A stretch of 64,000 bases of DNA from Gemmatimonadales bacterium (GCA_965249575.1 OZ252244.1:2816001-2880000); one strand, 5' to 3'; shown: positions 9,261 to 19,540, numbered from the stretch's first letter. Numbers and translations: made by a program. Notes: a model not told the origin generated them from the letters alone.

Positions 9261-10726
9261 GCCTCGCGATAGCCTCTGGCAGGCCAACTCCGACTGATCG
9301 TTCGATCGGAGTCGGGGTGCGGCACGCCACCATACTGCTCCAGTTACTCACGGCGGTGCCCGCCTCGGCGATGCAGCAGAGAAATCTCTCACCCGCCGTG
9401 CGCGAGTACGTGCGAGTCGACACTGTGATCGTCGCGCTGACGCACGTGCGGATTATCGACGGAACCGGCGCTCCCGCGGTCGACGATCAGACGATCGTGA
9501 TCGAGGGCGAGCGCATCATCGCCGTCGGTGACGCCGCCACGACGCCCGTTCCCGGTGGGGCGCTCGTGCTCGACCTGCCAGGCCACACCGTGATCCCGGG
9601 TCTCGTCGGAATGCACGATCACATCTTCTACCCCTCGGGTGGCCGGGGCCGCCAGCGGAACCAGCTCTACTACAGCGCGCCGCGTCTGTACCTCGCGTCG
9701 GGTGTGACGAGTATCCGGACGACGGGCAGCTACCAGCCGTTTTCCGATCTCAACCTCAAACAATCGATCGATGTTGGTGAGGTCCCGGGACCGAAGATGC
9801 ACATTACCGGTCCCTATCTCGATCACGTTCGCGGCCGGGTGGATGGTGCTGGCGACGCGCGGCGGCTGGTGAGCTACTGGGCGGAAGAGGGTGTGACCTC
9901 GTTCAAGGCCTACCAGCTCCTGACTCGCGCCGAGCTCGCCGCGGCAATCGACGAAGCCCACAAACGGGGGATCAAGGTCACCGGGCATTTGTGCTCGATA
10001 GGGTTCCGGGAAGCAGCGGCGCTCGGAATCGACAACCTCGAGCACGGCTTTCTCACGAACAGCGAGTGGGACCCGGACAAGGCCCCGGATGTCTGTCCGC
10101 AAGGCTTCCGGCTCAAGCTGGCCGAAGTTGAAGTCGAGAGCGAGCCGGTCCAAGCAACGATTCGCGAGCTCGTCGAGCGGGGCGTCGCGATCACGTCGAC
10201 GCTCGCGGTGCATGAGTGCAGCGTGCCCAATCGTCCCCCCCTCCAGCAACGATTCCTCGACGCCCTGGCCCCGGCGACTCGTGCGGGATACCTCACTCGG
10301 CGGGCCCAGACGGCGGACGATCCGGCAAACGCGATCTACGCCGTGCTGCTCCGGAAGGCGATGGAATTCGAGCGTGCCTTTGTACAAGCCGGGGGGCACC
10401 TGATGATGGGGCTGGACCCGACCGGAGGTGGATGCGCCCTACAGGGCTTCGGAGATCAGCGTGGTGTTCAGTTGCTGGTCGCGGCTGGCTTCCGCCCTGT
10501 GGAGGCCATCAGGATCGCGAGCGCCCACGGGGCGGAATTCCTGGGAGAAGGCGCGCGAACCGGTACGGTTACTGCGGGGAAGCAGGCCGACCTCGTGATC
10601 ATCGAGGGGGACCCGTCGACGAACATCGCCGACATAGAGAATGTGACGCTTGTCTTCAAGGATGGTGTTGGCTACGACTCGGCCAAACTGATCGCCTCCG
10701 TGCAAGGCAGCGCCGGGTTGAACTAA
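9257..10726 (+). CDS. Exported metal-dependent amidohydrolase
   Basis: ATG overlaps upstream TGA (ATGA); IIDGTG, VIPGLVGMHDH, SFKAY, TGHL, LEHG, GTVTAGKQADLVII-GDP. Confidence 0.9.
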   Translation: MSLAIASGRPTPTDRSIGVGVRHATILLQLLTAVPASAMQQRNLSPAVREYVRVDTVIVALTHVRIIDGTGAPAVDDQTIVIEGERIIAVGDAATTPVPGGALVLDLPGHTVIPGLVGMHDHIFYPSGGRGRQRNQLYYSAPRLYLASGVTSIRTTGSYQPFSDLNLKQSIDVGEVPGPKMHITGPYLDHVRGRVDGAGDARRLVSYWAEEGVTSFKAYQLLTRAELAAAIDEAHKRGIKVTGHLCSIGFREAAALGIDNLEHGFLTNSEWDPDKAPDVCPQGFRLKLAEVEVESEPVQATIRELVERGVAITSTLAVHECSVPNRPPLQQRFLDALAPATRAGYLTRRAQTADDPANAIYAVLLRKAMEFERAFVQAGGHLMMGLDPTGGGCALQGFGDQRGVQLLVAAGFRPVEAIRIASAHGAEFLGEGARTGTVTAGKQADLVIIEGDPSTNIADIENVTLVFKDGVGYDSAKLIASVQGSAGLN

Positions 10727-10787
10727 GGGCTCGGGGCCGCGAGAGCTTGTGCGCCCCAACGATAACCGCTGCCGTGGAGACCTGTTG

Positions 10788-12230
10788 ATGGCCGGAGTCG
10801 CGCGCTCTGCACCGAGTCACATCGCCTCTGTCTTGTTCGTATCGCTGCAGCTGGCCGGCCCGGGCTCGGTACAGGCCCAGCAGCAGATGATCGTGCTGCG
10901 AGGTGGATGGTTGATCGATGGCGTTCGGGACGAGGCCGTCCCCAATATCGGGATCGTCGTGAAGGGAGGAAAGCTCCTCGAGGTCGGGGCCGACCTTACC
11001 GGCCGCGATCTCTCGGGCGCCCGAGTCATCGATCTCGAAGAAACCGACTACATCCTCCCCGGGCTGTTCGACCTGCATGCGCATTACGAGGTGGAGTTGT
11101 TCGGGAGTGGCCGCGTCGACGAGCTCGAAGTCAATCCGGTCGTGTACCTGGCCAACGGGGTGACGACAACGTTCACCGCTGGCGAGTCCAACCCTGACCG
11201 GATAATGGAGGCGAAGAAGCGAATCGATACCGGATTCCAGGTCGGGCCGCGCATCCTCAGCGCCGGCTTGCGGGTGGGTGTCGGCCGGCAGGGCCGCCTG
11301 CGAGTCGATGCGACGGTCCAGGACATCTACGACGAGGTCGACTACTGGGTGGCCCGCGGCGTTGGCGGCTTCAAGGCCAAAAGCATCCGCCCGGAGCACC
11401 TGCAGGCGCTCATCGACCGGGCGCACCTGCACGGCCTGACCGTGACCGGTCACCTGAGCTCCGGATATCTGAACACGGTCAACCCCCGTGATGCGATCCT
11501 CATGGGTATCGACCGAATCGAGCACTTCCTCGGAGGCGACGCCTTTGCGCCCGATGTCGATCCCTACGTCTCGTTGGCGCGGATCGACACTGCGACCACC
11601 GAGTTCCGGGACATCGTCGAGCTGTTCATCAGGCACCGAGTTCATTTCAACCCCACCACCCGGGCGTTCGGATACATCGGGAGTCGCGGCCCGGGATTCG
11701 AGCAGTGGGTGGATGAGCGGAAGCTCTACACTCCCTACGTTCAGGAGCTTGCCGGCCTCAATGCGGCCATGCGACAGGGCTCGGCGAGATTCGATTCGAT
11801 TCAGACCGTCGCGCGGGCGACGGTCAAGGCATTCTACGACGCTGGCGGGCAGGATCTAATCGGCCTCGGCACCGACACGCCCGGGAGGGGGGAGTATCTG
11901 GCGGGATTCATGGTGCACCGGGAGCTCGAGGCCTTTGTCCTGGCCGGCATATCGCCTGCAGCTGCTATCAAATTCGCCACGATCAACGGCGCGCGAGCCC
12001 TCAACCTGAGCGACCAGCAGGGCTCTATCGAGTCGGGGAAGTTCGCCGATTTGTTCGTTACCAAGGGGAATCCCCTCGACGACATTCGCAACACGCGCAA
12101 TGTCCACACCGTGATGAAATCCGGAACGATATACGACACGAAGGCGCTTCTGGAATCGGTGACCGGAAAACTCGGCCCGGAAGGTCCCGAGGACGCACAC
12201 GAGTGGAGCCCTGCCAAGCGAACGGAGTGA
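10788..12230 (+). CDS. Exported metal-dependent amidohydrolase
   Basis: ILPGLFDLHAH, LANGVTT, TGHL, IEHF, GTDT, GSIESGKFADL; signal peptide. Confidence 0.9.
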   Translation: MAGVARSAPSHIASVLFVSLQLAGPGSVQAQQQMIVLRGGWLIDGVRDEAVPNIGIVVKGGKLLEVGADLTGRDLSGARVIDLEETDYILPGLFDLHAHYEVELFGSGRVDELEVNPVVYLANGVTTTFTAGESNPDRIMEAKKRIDTGFQVGPRILSAGLRVGVGRQGRLRVDATVQDIYDEVDYWVARGVGGFKAKSIRPEHLQALIDRAHLHGLTVTGHLSSGYLNTVNPRDAILMGIDRIEHFLGGDAFAPDVDPYVSLARIDTATTEFRDIVELFIRHRVHFNPTTRAFGYIGSRGPGFEQWVDERKLYTPYVQELAGLNAAMRQGSARFDSIQTVARATVKAFYDAGGQDLIGLGTDTPGRGEYLAGFMVHRELEAFVLAGISPAAAIKFATINGARALNLSDQQGSIESGKFADLFVTKGNPLDDIRNTRNVHTVMKSGTIYDTKALLESVTGKLGPEGPEDAHEWSPAKRTE

Positions 12231-12262
12231 GTTTCCCGGCCCCCCCCCGGGCGCTTGGCACG

Positions 12263-12294
12263 CAGGAGAGAGGCCGGCCAGGAGAGAGGCCGGC
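12263..12294. repeat. 16-bp perfect tandem duplication
   Basis: CAGGAGAGAGGCCGGC x2 in the intergenic region. Confidence 0.85.
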
Positions 12295-12420
12295 GCGGCG
12301 GGGTCGGATGGGCGGGGCTTGCGGGTCCCATGCCCGGCCGTAGGTTGGTTATCAGTGATTGCCGTTGGACAACCTGTAGACTCCGCTCGGCCGCGCCGGC
12401 GGTGAGGTTCTGGTAGCATA

Positions 12421-14109
12421 GTGAACCCTCGATTCGGTCTTTCCGTAGCAAGCACGGCAGCCCTCCTCCTTTCGGCCGGGCAAGCGACCGCCCAGCAGAC
12501 CGAGCTCCGCCACTACGCGGTAATCGCACCGCATGGCATGGCGACCACTCTCCATCCGCTCGCGACCCAAACCGCGCTCGATGTTCTGAAGAGTGGTGGC
12601 AACGCCATCGACGCGGTGATCGCGGCGAACGCGGCAACAGGAGTCCTTCTGCCAAGTGGAAACGGTATTGGCGGGGACCTCTTCGCGATCGTGTGGTCGG
12701 CCCGGGACGGAAAGCTGTACGGCCTGAACGCCAGCGGCCGGTCACCTCGGGGTCTCTCCCTCGAACAGCTACGGAGGGAGGTCGGTGAGAGTCCGACGAT
12801 CCCCCGCGTGGGACCGCTTTCCATCTCCGTGCCCGGTGCCGTGGACGGCTGGTTTGAGTTGCACCGGCGCTTTGGCTCACGACCCATGACGGAACTGCTG
12901 GCGCCCGCGATCCGATTCGCTCGCCGCGGTGCCCCAGGACGAGGGTGGTCGCCGTCTGAGGCACTCCAGGCGCAGCCCGGCTTCGCGGCGCACTTCCTCC
13001 CGGAGGGGAAGGGACCTCGGCCCGGAGAGAAATTCCGGCGGCCGGAGCTGGCAAAGACGCTGGAGATGATCGTCGCCGGTGGCCGAGACGCGTATTACCG
13101 AGGCGAGATCGCGCGGACGATCGACCGCTTTTGCCGTCGAGTCGGATGCCATCTCCGGTATGAGGACCTCGCCGCTCACGAGTCTGAGTGGGTGGAGCCG
13201 ATCGGCGTGGAGTTCGCCGGTTACACCCTGTGGGAGTTGCCACACAACACGCAGGGCTTGGCCGCTCTGCAAATGCTCAGGCTCCTGGAACCGTACGACC
13301 TGAAGTCGATGGGCCTGAACAGCCCGGAGTATCTGCATCATCTCATCGAGGCAAAGAAGATCGCATTCGAAGACCGGGGCCGATTCTACGCCGATCCGCA
13401 GTTTGCGGACATACCCATCCGCGAGCTTCTCACGGACGCGTACACTAAGCGCCGCCGGCGCCTGTTCGATCCCGCCAAGGCTGGACTGACCTTCCCCATT
13501 GAGGATCCACGGATCAACCAGACGGAAACCACGTACATGGCCATCGGCGACTCCAGCGGCAACATGGTGTCGTTGATCCAGAGCAACTACGCGGGGTTCG
13601 GCAGCGGCTTCGTTCCAGACGGACTCGGGTTCGGCTTTCAGAACCGCGGGGCTCTCTTTGCCCTGGAGGATGGCCACCCCAACGTCTTCGAGCCGGGAAA
13701 GCGCCCGTTTCACACCATCATTCCGGGGTTCATCACAAAAGACGGGAAGCCGCACATGGCCTTCGGGTCGACCGGCGGCGACATGCAACCACAGGTACAC
13801 GTCCAAGTGTTCCTGAACCACGTGCTGTTCGGGATGGACGTTCAGGAGGCCGGCAACGTGCCCCGCTGGCGTCACTATGGGTCGACGGCTCCAACGGGAG
13901 GCGCGGCGATGACTGATGGAGGGTGCGTCGTCGTCGAGTCGGGGATTCCGGAGGATACTCGAGGGAGCCTCCGTACCTTCGGCCACACCTTCTGCGAAGG
14001 TAGCCCACTGGTCGGCGGTCGGTACATGGCTGTGATGTGGGATGGAGAGAACGGTGTCTATTGGGGAGCCTCGGAGCCTCGGGATGCCGGGCAGGCTTCC
14101 GGTTGGTGA
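12421..14109 (+). CDS. ggt: Gamma-glutamyltransferase family (Ntn hydrolase), exported
   Basis: HPLATQTALDVLKSGGNAIDA, GIGGDLF, SVPGAVDGW, ETTYM (nucleophile Thr region), SLIQSNYAGFGSG, PGKRPFHTIIP, GGDMQPQ. Confidence 0.92.
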   Translation: MNPRFGLSVASTAALLLSAGQATAQQTELRHYAVIAPHGMATTLHPLATQTALDVLKSGGNAIDAVIAANAATGVLLPSGNGIGGDLFAIVWSARDGKLYGLNASGRSPRGLSLEQLRREVGESPTIPRVGPLSISVPGAVDGWFELHRRFGSRPMTELLAPAIRFARRGAPGRGWSPSEALQAQPGFAAHFLPEGKGPRPGEKFRRPELAKTLEMIVAGGRDAYYRGEIARTIDRFCRRVGCHLRYEDLAAHESEWVEPIGVEFAGYTLWELPHNTQGLAALQMLRLLEPYDLKSMGLNSPEYLHHLIEAKKIAFEDRGRFYADPQFADIPIRELLTDAYTKRRRRLFDPAKAGLTFPIEDPRINQTETTYMAIGDSSGNMVSLIQSNYAGFGSGFVPDGLGFGFQNRGALFALEDGHPNVFEPGKRPFHTIIPGFITKDGKPHMAFGSTGGDMQPQVHVQVFLNHVLFGMDVQEAGNVPRWRHYGSTAPTGGAAMTDGGCVVVESGIPEDTRGSLRTFGHTFCEGSPLVGGRYMAVMWDGENGVYWGASEPRDAGQASGW

Positions 14110-14258
14110 TCATCCAGGGCGGGCAGCACACCGCGCAGAGTGCGTCACAGGCAGATCGATTAGGGAGGAAACTCCACCGAAACCCCGTCCCCGATATCCC
14201 GCACCCATTGGCAGGCAACGCGGGGGCGGGGGCGGGGGCTGGCGATTCCTGACTGCGT

Positions 14259-14287
14259 TTGATCAGATCTGAGTACTGATCTATGAC
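14259..14287 (+). promoter_or_regulatory. Putative sigma-70 promoter with overlapping palindromic operator upstream of SusC
   Basis: TTGATC-N17-TATGAC; perfect palindrome TCAGATCTGA (14263-14272); GATCAG-N9-CTGATC inverted repeat. Confidence 0.4.
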
Positions 14288-14305
14288 TCCATCTGGGAGG
14301 CGTTC

Positions 14306-17230
14306 ATGACGACTTGGCTAGCGTATCACGAACGGGGTGACGCGGTTCCGAAGTGGATGGTGCGAGCGTCGTTCACCCTGCTGCTCTTGGGTGTCGCCTA
14401 CGGTTTGGGCGCCACCACGGCCACAGCCCAGCAGACCGGGAGCGTTTCGGGAACCGTGGTGGAGGAGCAAACCCAGTCCGGCCTGCCGAGCGTAGAGGTC
14501 CTCGTGGTCGGGACCCAGCTTGTTACGCTCACCGCGGCCGACGGTAGCTTCGTGCTGCAGGGTGTACCGACTGGAACGCATGAGATCCGCGCCCGGCGCA
14601 TCGGCTACAGGCCCGCGACGCAGACTGTGCGGATTCGGTCCGGGCAGATTGCGGAGTTGAAGTTCGACGTTGGACGCGAGGTGTTGGCGCTCGACGCAAT
14701 CGTGGTGACCGGAACGGCCGGGGCCGCTCGACGCCGTGAATTGGGCAACACGATCTCGCAGATCAACGTCGCAGATGTGCGGGAGCCCACCGTCTCCCTC
14801 GACAACCTGTTGCAGGGGAAGGTGGCCGGTCTGACGGTGAATGAGGGAGCCGCTGGCTTGGCGTCCGGGGCGCAGATCCGGCTGCGGGGCAACATCAGCG
14901 TTGCCATGAGCAACCAGCCGCTTCTCTATATCGACGGCGTGCGGGTTCGCAGCGACGGGTATCCCATCAACGCGCCGACCACCCAGTGCTCGTGTCAGAG
15001 CAACAACGACACACCGAGCCCGCTCAACGATCTGAACCCGGCAGACATCGAGCGGGTCGAGATCATCAAGGGACCGGCGGCAACCACTCTCTATGGGACG
15101 GAAGCTGCCGCGGGTGTCATCCAGGTCTTCACCAAGCGGGGGAGGGTTGGCAGCCCGGTCTGGACGCTTCAAACGACTCAGGGGCTGGGTCGCGTGCGGA
15201 AGTTCGGTCCGACCGAAGTTCCCATGTCGGGAATCGACCCGCGTCACTACGACGGGTACCTGGGGATGGATCGGTACCTGCGAACCGGCTGGTCCCAGAA
15301 CTACAGCCTCTCAGTGGGCGGAGGGACCGAGGCCGCTCGTTACTACCTATCCGGAGCCTTCGAGGATAACAAAGGGGTTCTGCCGCTAGACGACCAGCAG
15401 CGGGTCCTGGTTCGCGGGAACCTCGGCTTCAATCCCATGGAAAACATGAACGTTGAGTGGAGCACGTCATATACGGACGACGAGATCCAGAGCACTCCTG
15501 GCGGGACCAACGCCTTGGGACTCGTGGCGAACGTCTACCGCGCCCCGAACAACTTCCTGGGTGGCGGCTCGGTCGAGGAGCTGGACGAAACGTTGAAGTA
15601 CGAGATCACGGCCGACAACTCCCATTTCATCACGGGGTTGACCATCGCTCATACACCGACGTCTAACTTCTCCAACAAGCTCACCGTTGGGTACGACCGG
15701 GCGGAGACGAACCAGATACAGGACATCCCCTTCGGCTACCGGTATCGCCCGTTCGGGAGCCTGTATGACAGGCGTTGGCTCTCCGAAGCCCTGACGCTCG
15801 ACTACGTGGGAAACATCGAGATCGATCTGACGGACCAGCTCTCCTCGAAGTTCTCCTGGGGCGGGCAACACATCACCACGAACGAGTCGTGGCTCGAGGG
15901 GTACGGGGTCAACTTCCCCGGTCCCGGGAAGTTCACCGTGAGCGGCGCCGCCACCAAGTTGACATTCGGCGAGGAGCTGCGGGTGATCAACGCGGGGTTC
16001 TTCTTCCAGGACCTCATCGGCTTCAAGAACCGGTACTTCCTGACCGCGGGTCTGCGCGTCGACGGGAACAGCGCCTTCGGTGAGGATTTCGGCCTGCAGG
16101 CCTATCCGAAGGTAAGCGTGTCGTACGTCATGTCCGACGAGCCGTTTTGGCCGGCGAACCTGGGCCAGTTCAAGCTGCGCGCGGCTTATGGGCACGCCGG
16201 ACGAGCGCCCGGGGCGTTCGATGCTGTTCGTACGTGGTTCCCCGAAGCCTGGGGAAGCGCATCGGCGTTCATTCCGGGGAACGTTGGGGCGCCGGACCTG
16301 GGACCGGAGCGAACGGCAGAATTCGAGATCGGCTTCGAAGGCTCGTTCCTGGAGGGTCGTCTGACAGCCGATTTCACCCACTATCGGCGCAAGACATCGG
16401 ATGCGCTGTTCAACGTCACCCAGATTCCCACGAACGGATTTCTTTCGAGCCAGCTCGACAACGTCGGCAGCATTAGGAGCCGCGGCATCGAGCTGTCGGT
16501 CAACGCGTCCGTGCTGGAGGGGGAGCGGTTCTCCTGGCAGGTCTCCGGAACGATCTCCACGAACTACACGAAGGTCGAGGATCTCGGCGGCGCGGCATCG
16601 TTCCGCCTCGGCCGGGAAGGCTGGATCGATGTCGATCAGCCGATTCCGGTCATGCGTGGAACGCTCATCGAGAACCCCGACGCCGTCGCGGATCCCATAC
16701 TCACGCGGGATCACAATTTCGGCGCCAACCAGCCGACGCACGTGCTTGGTTTCTTCACCGCTGTCGGATTGCCCGGTGGCATTCAGGTGTCGGCGCGTGG
16801 AGAGTACTTCGGTGGGCACTATCTCTATGACCACCAGGCGAGGCGCGAGCAGCTCTCGGCGCGCGTTTGGCCGTTTTGCGACGAAGCCCGGGTGCTCATG
16901 GCGAATAATCAGCGCGACCAGCTGACGGCGCGCGAGAGAGCGCTTTGCGACAGGTCGGTCGCCCGGATCGACATGTTCATCTGGCCAGCGGATTTCTTCA
17001 AGTTCCGCGATCTCACGATATCGGTGCCGGTCACCCGGTTGATTCCGCGAACCAGCAGCGCGCAGTTCAGCCTATCCCTGAGAAACTTCTGGACGATAAC
17101 GAAGAGCGACTTCCTGGGAATCCAGCCGGAAGTGACCGGCGATGCCGGCTTGCACCAGTTCGTGCGATTCGTTCCCGAGAACGTGCCGCGGCCGATGCGG
17201 ATCGTGGGCTCGCTCAGGGTGACGTTGTGA
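14306..17230 (+). CDS. SusC/RagA-like TonB-dependent receptor
   Basis: N-terminal carboxypeptidase-regulatory-like domain, LDAIVVTGT, PLLYIDGVR, LNPADIERVEIIKGPAATTLYGTEAAAGVIQVFTKRG, LRVDGNSAFG, DLGPERTAEFE; exact start uncertain. Confidence 0.92.
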   Translation: MTTWLAYHERGDAVPKWMVRASFTLLLLGVAYGLGATTATAQQTGSVSGTVVEEQTQSGLPSVEVLVVGTQLVTLTAADGSFVLQGVPTGTHEIRARRIGYRPATQTVRIRSGQIAELKFDVGREVLALDAIVVTGTAGAARRRELGNTISQINVADVREPTVSLDNLLQGKVAGLTVNEGAAGLASGAQIRLRGNISVAMSNQPLLYIDGVRVRSDGYPINAPTTQCSCQSNNDTPSPLNDLNPADIERVEIIKGPAATTLYGTEAAAGVIQVFTKRGRVGSPVWTLQTTQGLGRVRKFGPTEVPMSGIDPRHYDGYLGMDRYLRTGWSQNYSLSVGGGTEAARYYLSGAFEDNKGVLPLDDQQRVLVRGNLGFNPMENMNVEWSTSYTDDEIQSTPGGTNALGLVANVYRAPNNFLGGGSVEELDETLKYEITADNSHFITGLTIAHTPTSNFSNKLTVGYDRAETNQIQDIPFGYRYRPFGSLYDRRWLSEALTLDYVGNIEIDLTDQLSSKFSWGGQHITTNESWLEGYGVNFPGPGKFTVSGAATKLTFGEELRVINAGFFFQDLIGFKNRYFLTAGLRVDGNSAFGEDFGLQAYPKVSVSYVMSDEPFWPANLGQFKLRAAYGHAGRAPGAFDAVRTWFPEAWGSASAFIPGNVGAPDLGPERTAEFEIGFEGSFLEGRLTADFTHYRRKTSDALFNVTQIPTNGFLSSQLDNVGSIRSRGIELSVNASVLEGERFSWQVSGTISTNYTKVEDLGGAASFRLGREGWIDVDQPIPVMRGTLIENPDAVADPILTRDHNFGANQPTHVLGFFTAVGLPGGIQVSARGEYFGGHYLYDHQARREQLSARVWPFCDEARVLMANNQRDQLTARERALCDRSVARIDMFIWPADFFKFRDLTISVPVTRLIPRTSSAQFSLSLRNFWTITKSDFLGIQPEVTGDAGLHQFVRFVPENVPRPMRIVGSLRVTL

Positions 17231-17295
17231 TGGTGAGCCGTCGTGTACCACCACGACTCACAGGTCGGGAACCTTCGTTCTTGGGGACAATAACC

Positions 17296-18564
17296 ATGGA
17301 CATAGACAAGAGCTGCAGAGAATCCACCCTTCGCGGGCGGCGACCCATCGCGTTGCTTGCCGCATGCGTGCTGGTTGCAGGATGTGACTTCACCGTCACG
17401 AATCCGGGTCCCGTGCAAGACGAGTTTCTCACTGATCCGATAGCCCACGATGCCCTGGTGAACGGGGCCGAGAAGCGATTGTCGCAAGCACTGGGTCGGA
17501 TGGCCCATCACGTGGGCGCCCTCACATTCGAAATCACCGCTTCTGGCCTGGTTGGCGGTGGGGCATTCGGGATCCCTCAACAAATCCGAGCCGGAAAATT
17601 GAACGACGAGGAAACAGAGCCTCACTGGGAAGAAGTGCAGCAGGCCCGTTGGATCGCCGAAGATGCCCTTCGACGCATGGAGCAGTCACTGGGGGCTTCC
17701 GGGCTGAATGCCTATGTGCCGGCGGCACGAGCGAATCTGTATGCGGGGTTTGCCAACCGCATATTAGGTGAGAACATGTGCCAAGCCGTATTCGACGGTG
17801 GAGCGGCCGCGGCCCATACCGCCTATTTCACGCGGGCCGAGCAGGCGTTCACTACCGCTATGTCGATTGCGACCGCCGCGAGTGAGGACGTAATGGCCAT
17901 GGCCGCGCAAGCGGGACGAGCCTCGGTCCGGGTCTCGCTCGGAGATTGGCCCGGGGCGATGCAAGATGCCGGGGCGATCCCGGCGGGCTTCGTCTTTCAG
18001 GCACAGTACTTCGGGACCGAGCAGGACCAGTACAACATCTTGGCCTGGGCCAACGCGAACCAACCACACCGATCCAATAGTGTGATAGGCACGTTCTACG
18101 AGAACTACTTTACTCAGACAGGCGATCCGCGCGCTGAGTGGGTCTCGGATCCCAACTTCCCGTTTGGTGGGCCTGCCCCCGAGGGGCAGGTTGTCTGGCT
18201 CCCCCCTCAGAAGTTCACGGGCATTGAGGACCCGATGAACCTCGTGAGCGAGCGGGAGATGCAGCTTATATTGGCGGAGGACCAGCTGATCGGTGGAAAC
18301 TGGATGCCGGCGGTGATGGCCATCGATCAGCTTAGGCAGGACGCAGGAGCTCCCGTGCTGTCACCTACGCCCACGACGAGCGATGAAGCGTGGACGGCGC
18401 TGAAACGGGAGCGGGGTATCGAGCTCCTACTGGAAGCCCGCCGGTTGGGCGACATGCGACGCTGGCTCGATGCGAACCGGCCGGGGGCGATCGAAGACAT
18501 GACCGAGCGCTCGTTGTGCTTCCCGATACCACGAAGCGAAAAGGATACCAATCCGAAGCTTTAG
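17296..18564 (+). CDS. SusD/RagB-like outer-membrane lipoprotein
   Basis: Lipobox LVAGC followed by DFTVTNPG; ARANLYAGFA..LGENMC, EMQLILAE, ERGIELLLEARRLGDMRR, CFPIPRSE-DTNP; directly after SusC. Confidence 0.88.
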   Translation: MDIDKSCRESTLRGRRPIALLAACVLVAGCDFTVTNPGPVQDEFLTDPIAHDALVNGAEKRLSQALGRMAHHVGALTFEITASGLVGGGAFGIPQQIRAGKLNDEETEPHWEEVQQARWIAEDALRRMEQSLGASGLNAYVPAARANLYAGFANRILGENMCQAVFDGGAAAAHTAYFTRAEQAFTTAMSIATAASEDVMAMAAQAGRASVRVSLGDWPGAMQDAGAIPAGFVFQAQYFGTEQDQYNILAWANANQPHRSNSVIGTFYENYFTQTGDPRAEWVSDPNFPFGGPAPEGQVVWLPPQKFTGIEDPMNLVSEREMQLILAEDQLIGGNWMPAVMAIDQLRQDAGAPVLSPTPTTSDEAWTALKRERGIELLLEARRLGDMRRWLDANRPGAIEDMTERSLCFPIPRSEKDTNPKL

Positions 18565-18622
18565 CCTGCGCGGGCGAGAGCGCCCGTTCAAAAGAAACGG
18601 TGCCGCGGGGGGAGCACGGAGG

Positions 18623-19039
18623 GTGACGCTATCCGTGCTCTGCCTCGCGATTCCTCTGTGCGGCCCGAGTCTCGTCGGCGCACAGGAGAATCAGGGTACC
18701 GGTCGTGTGATCACGGGCGAGGAGATTCGCAAGAGCGGGACTGAGACCGTGTGGGATGCTCTGCGGTTCAAGGCTCCACACATCCTTTTCATTGAAGACG
18801 GACGGGGCGAACCCGATCGCATGGTACGGAGGGGACGCTCGACGCTGCATCTAAAGGAAGGGCCGTTGGTATTCGTCGACGGCGTGCGCCTGGTGGATAT
18901 CCGTACGCTCGCGCGCATGCCTGCCGAAGAGGTGGCAAGCATCGAAATTCTCAGCGGCATCGATGCGACGACGCGTTACGGAACCGACGCGGTCAGCGGC
19001 GTCATCCTGATCCACACCAAGCTGGGACGCTATCCGTAG
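18623..19039 (+). CDS. Stand-alone TonB-receptor plug-domain protein
   Basis: VITGEEI, PLVFVDGVR, EVASIEILSGIDATTRYGTDAVSGVILIHTK; signal peptide; no barrel. Confidence 0.8.
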   Translation: MTLSVLCLAIPLCGPSLVGAQENQGTGRVITGEEIRKSGTETVWDALRFKAPHILFIEDGRGEPDRMVRRGRSTLHLKEGPLVFVDGVRLVDIRTLARMPAEEVASIEILSGIDATTRYGTDAVSGVILIHTKLGRYP

Positions 19040-19281
19040 GGCGCAGCCAGCGCGAACGCGGGGCCGGCGGTTAGACCGAGCGAGTCGCTACGCACGCGAC
19101 CCGAATAGATTCCCTGCTCGAGGTGTCACCGATCTCCCCGCCCAGCGACCGTGCGGCCGTCAACTCGCGCTGACGTTCTTATCGACTTGGCCGCTAAATC
19201 CTACAGGGCCCACTGTATCAATCAGCGAGTTACCTCCCCGTACCTCGCGCTTCTTCGCCGAAACTCACGTCTTCTAGAACC

Positions 19282-19320
19282 ATGTCCGAGATCACCACCC
19301 GGCTCTCTACCGCCCTCGCT
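19282..19320 (+). pseudogene. 39-bp 5' stub of a Ser/Thr kinase paralogue
   Basis: Encodes MSEITTRLSTALA versus MTEITGRLSTALA at 27287, then similarity stops. Confidence 0.65.
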
Positions 19321-19540
19321 CTCGTTTCCTGATAGATGTCCGGTTTCTTGCACCGTCTCAAGACCGCAATCATTGACCTTGGCACCGGTTGGTTGGAGTG
19401 ACGCGCTTCGCCCAGGTACGTGTGCCCAGCAAAGGATCGGAGACGCAGTGAACAAGGGCCGGCGTAGATGGCCTAGACGGTGCTGGGCGGGATGCGCCGT
19501 TGCGACGATCACTCACGCCTGACTAGATTGCCCTTTGCTC

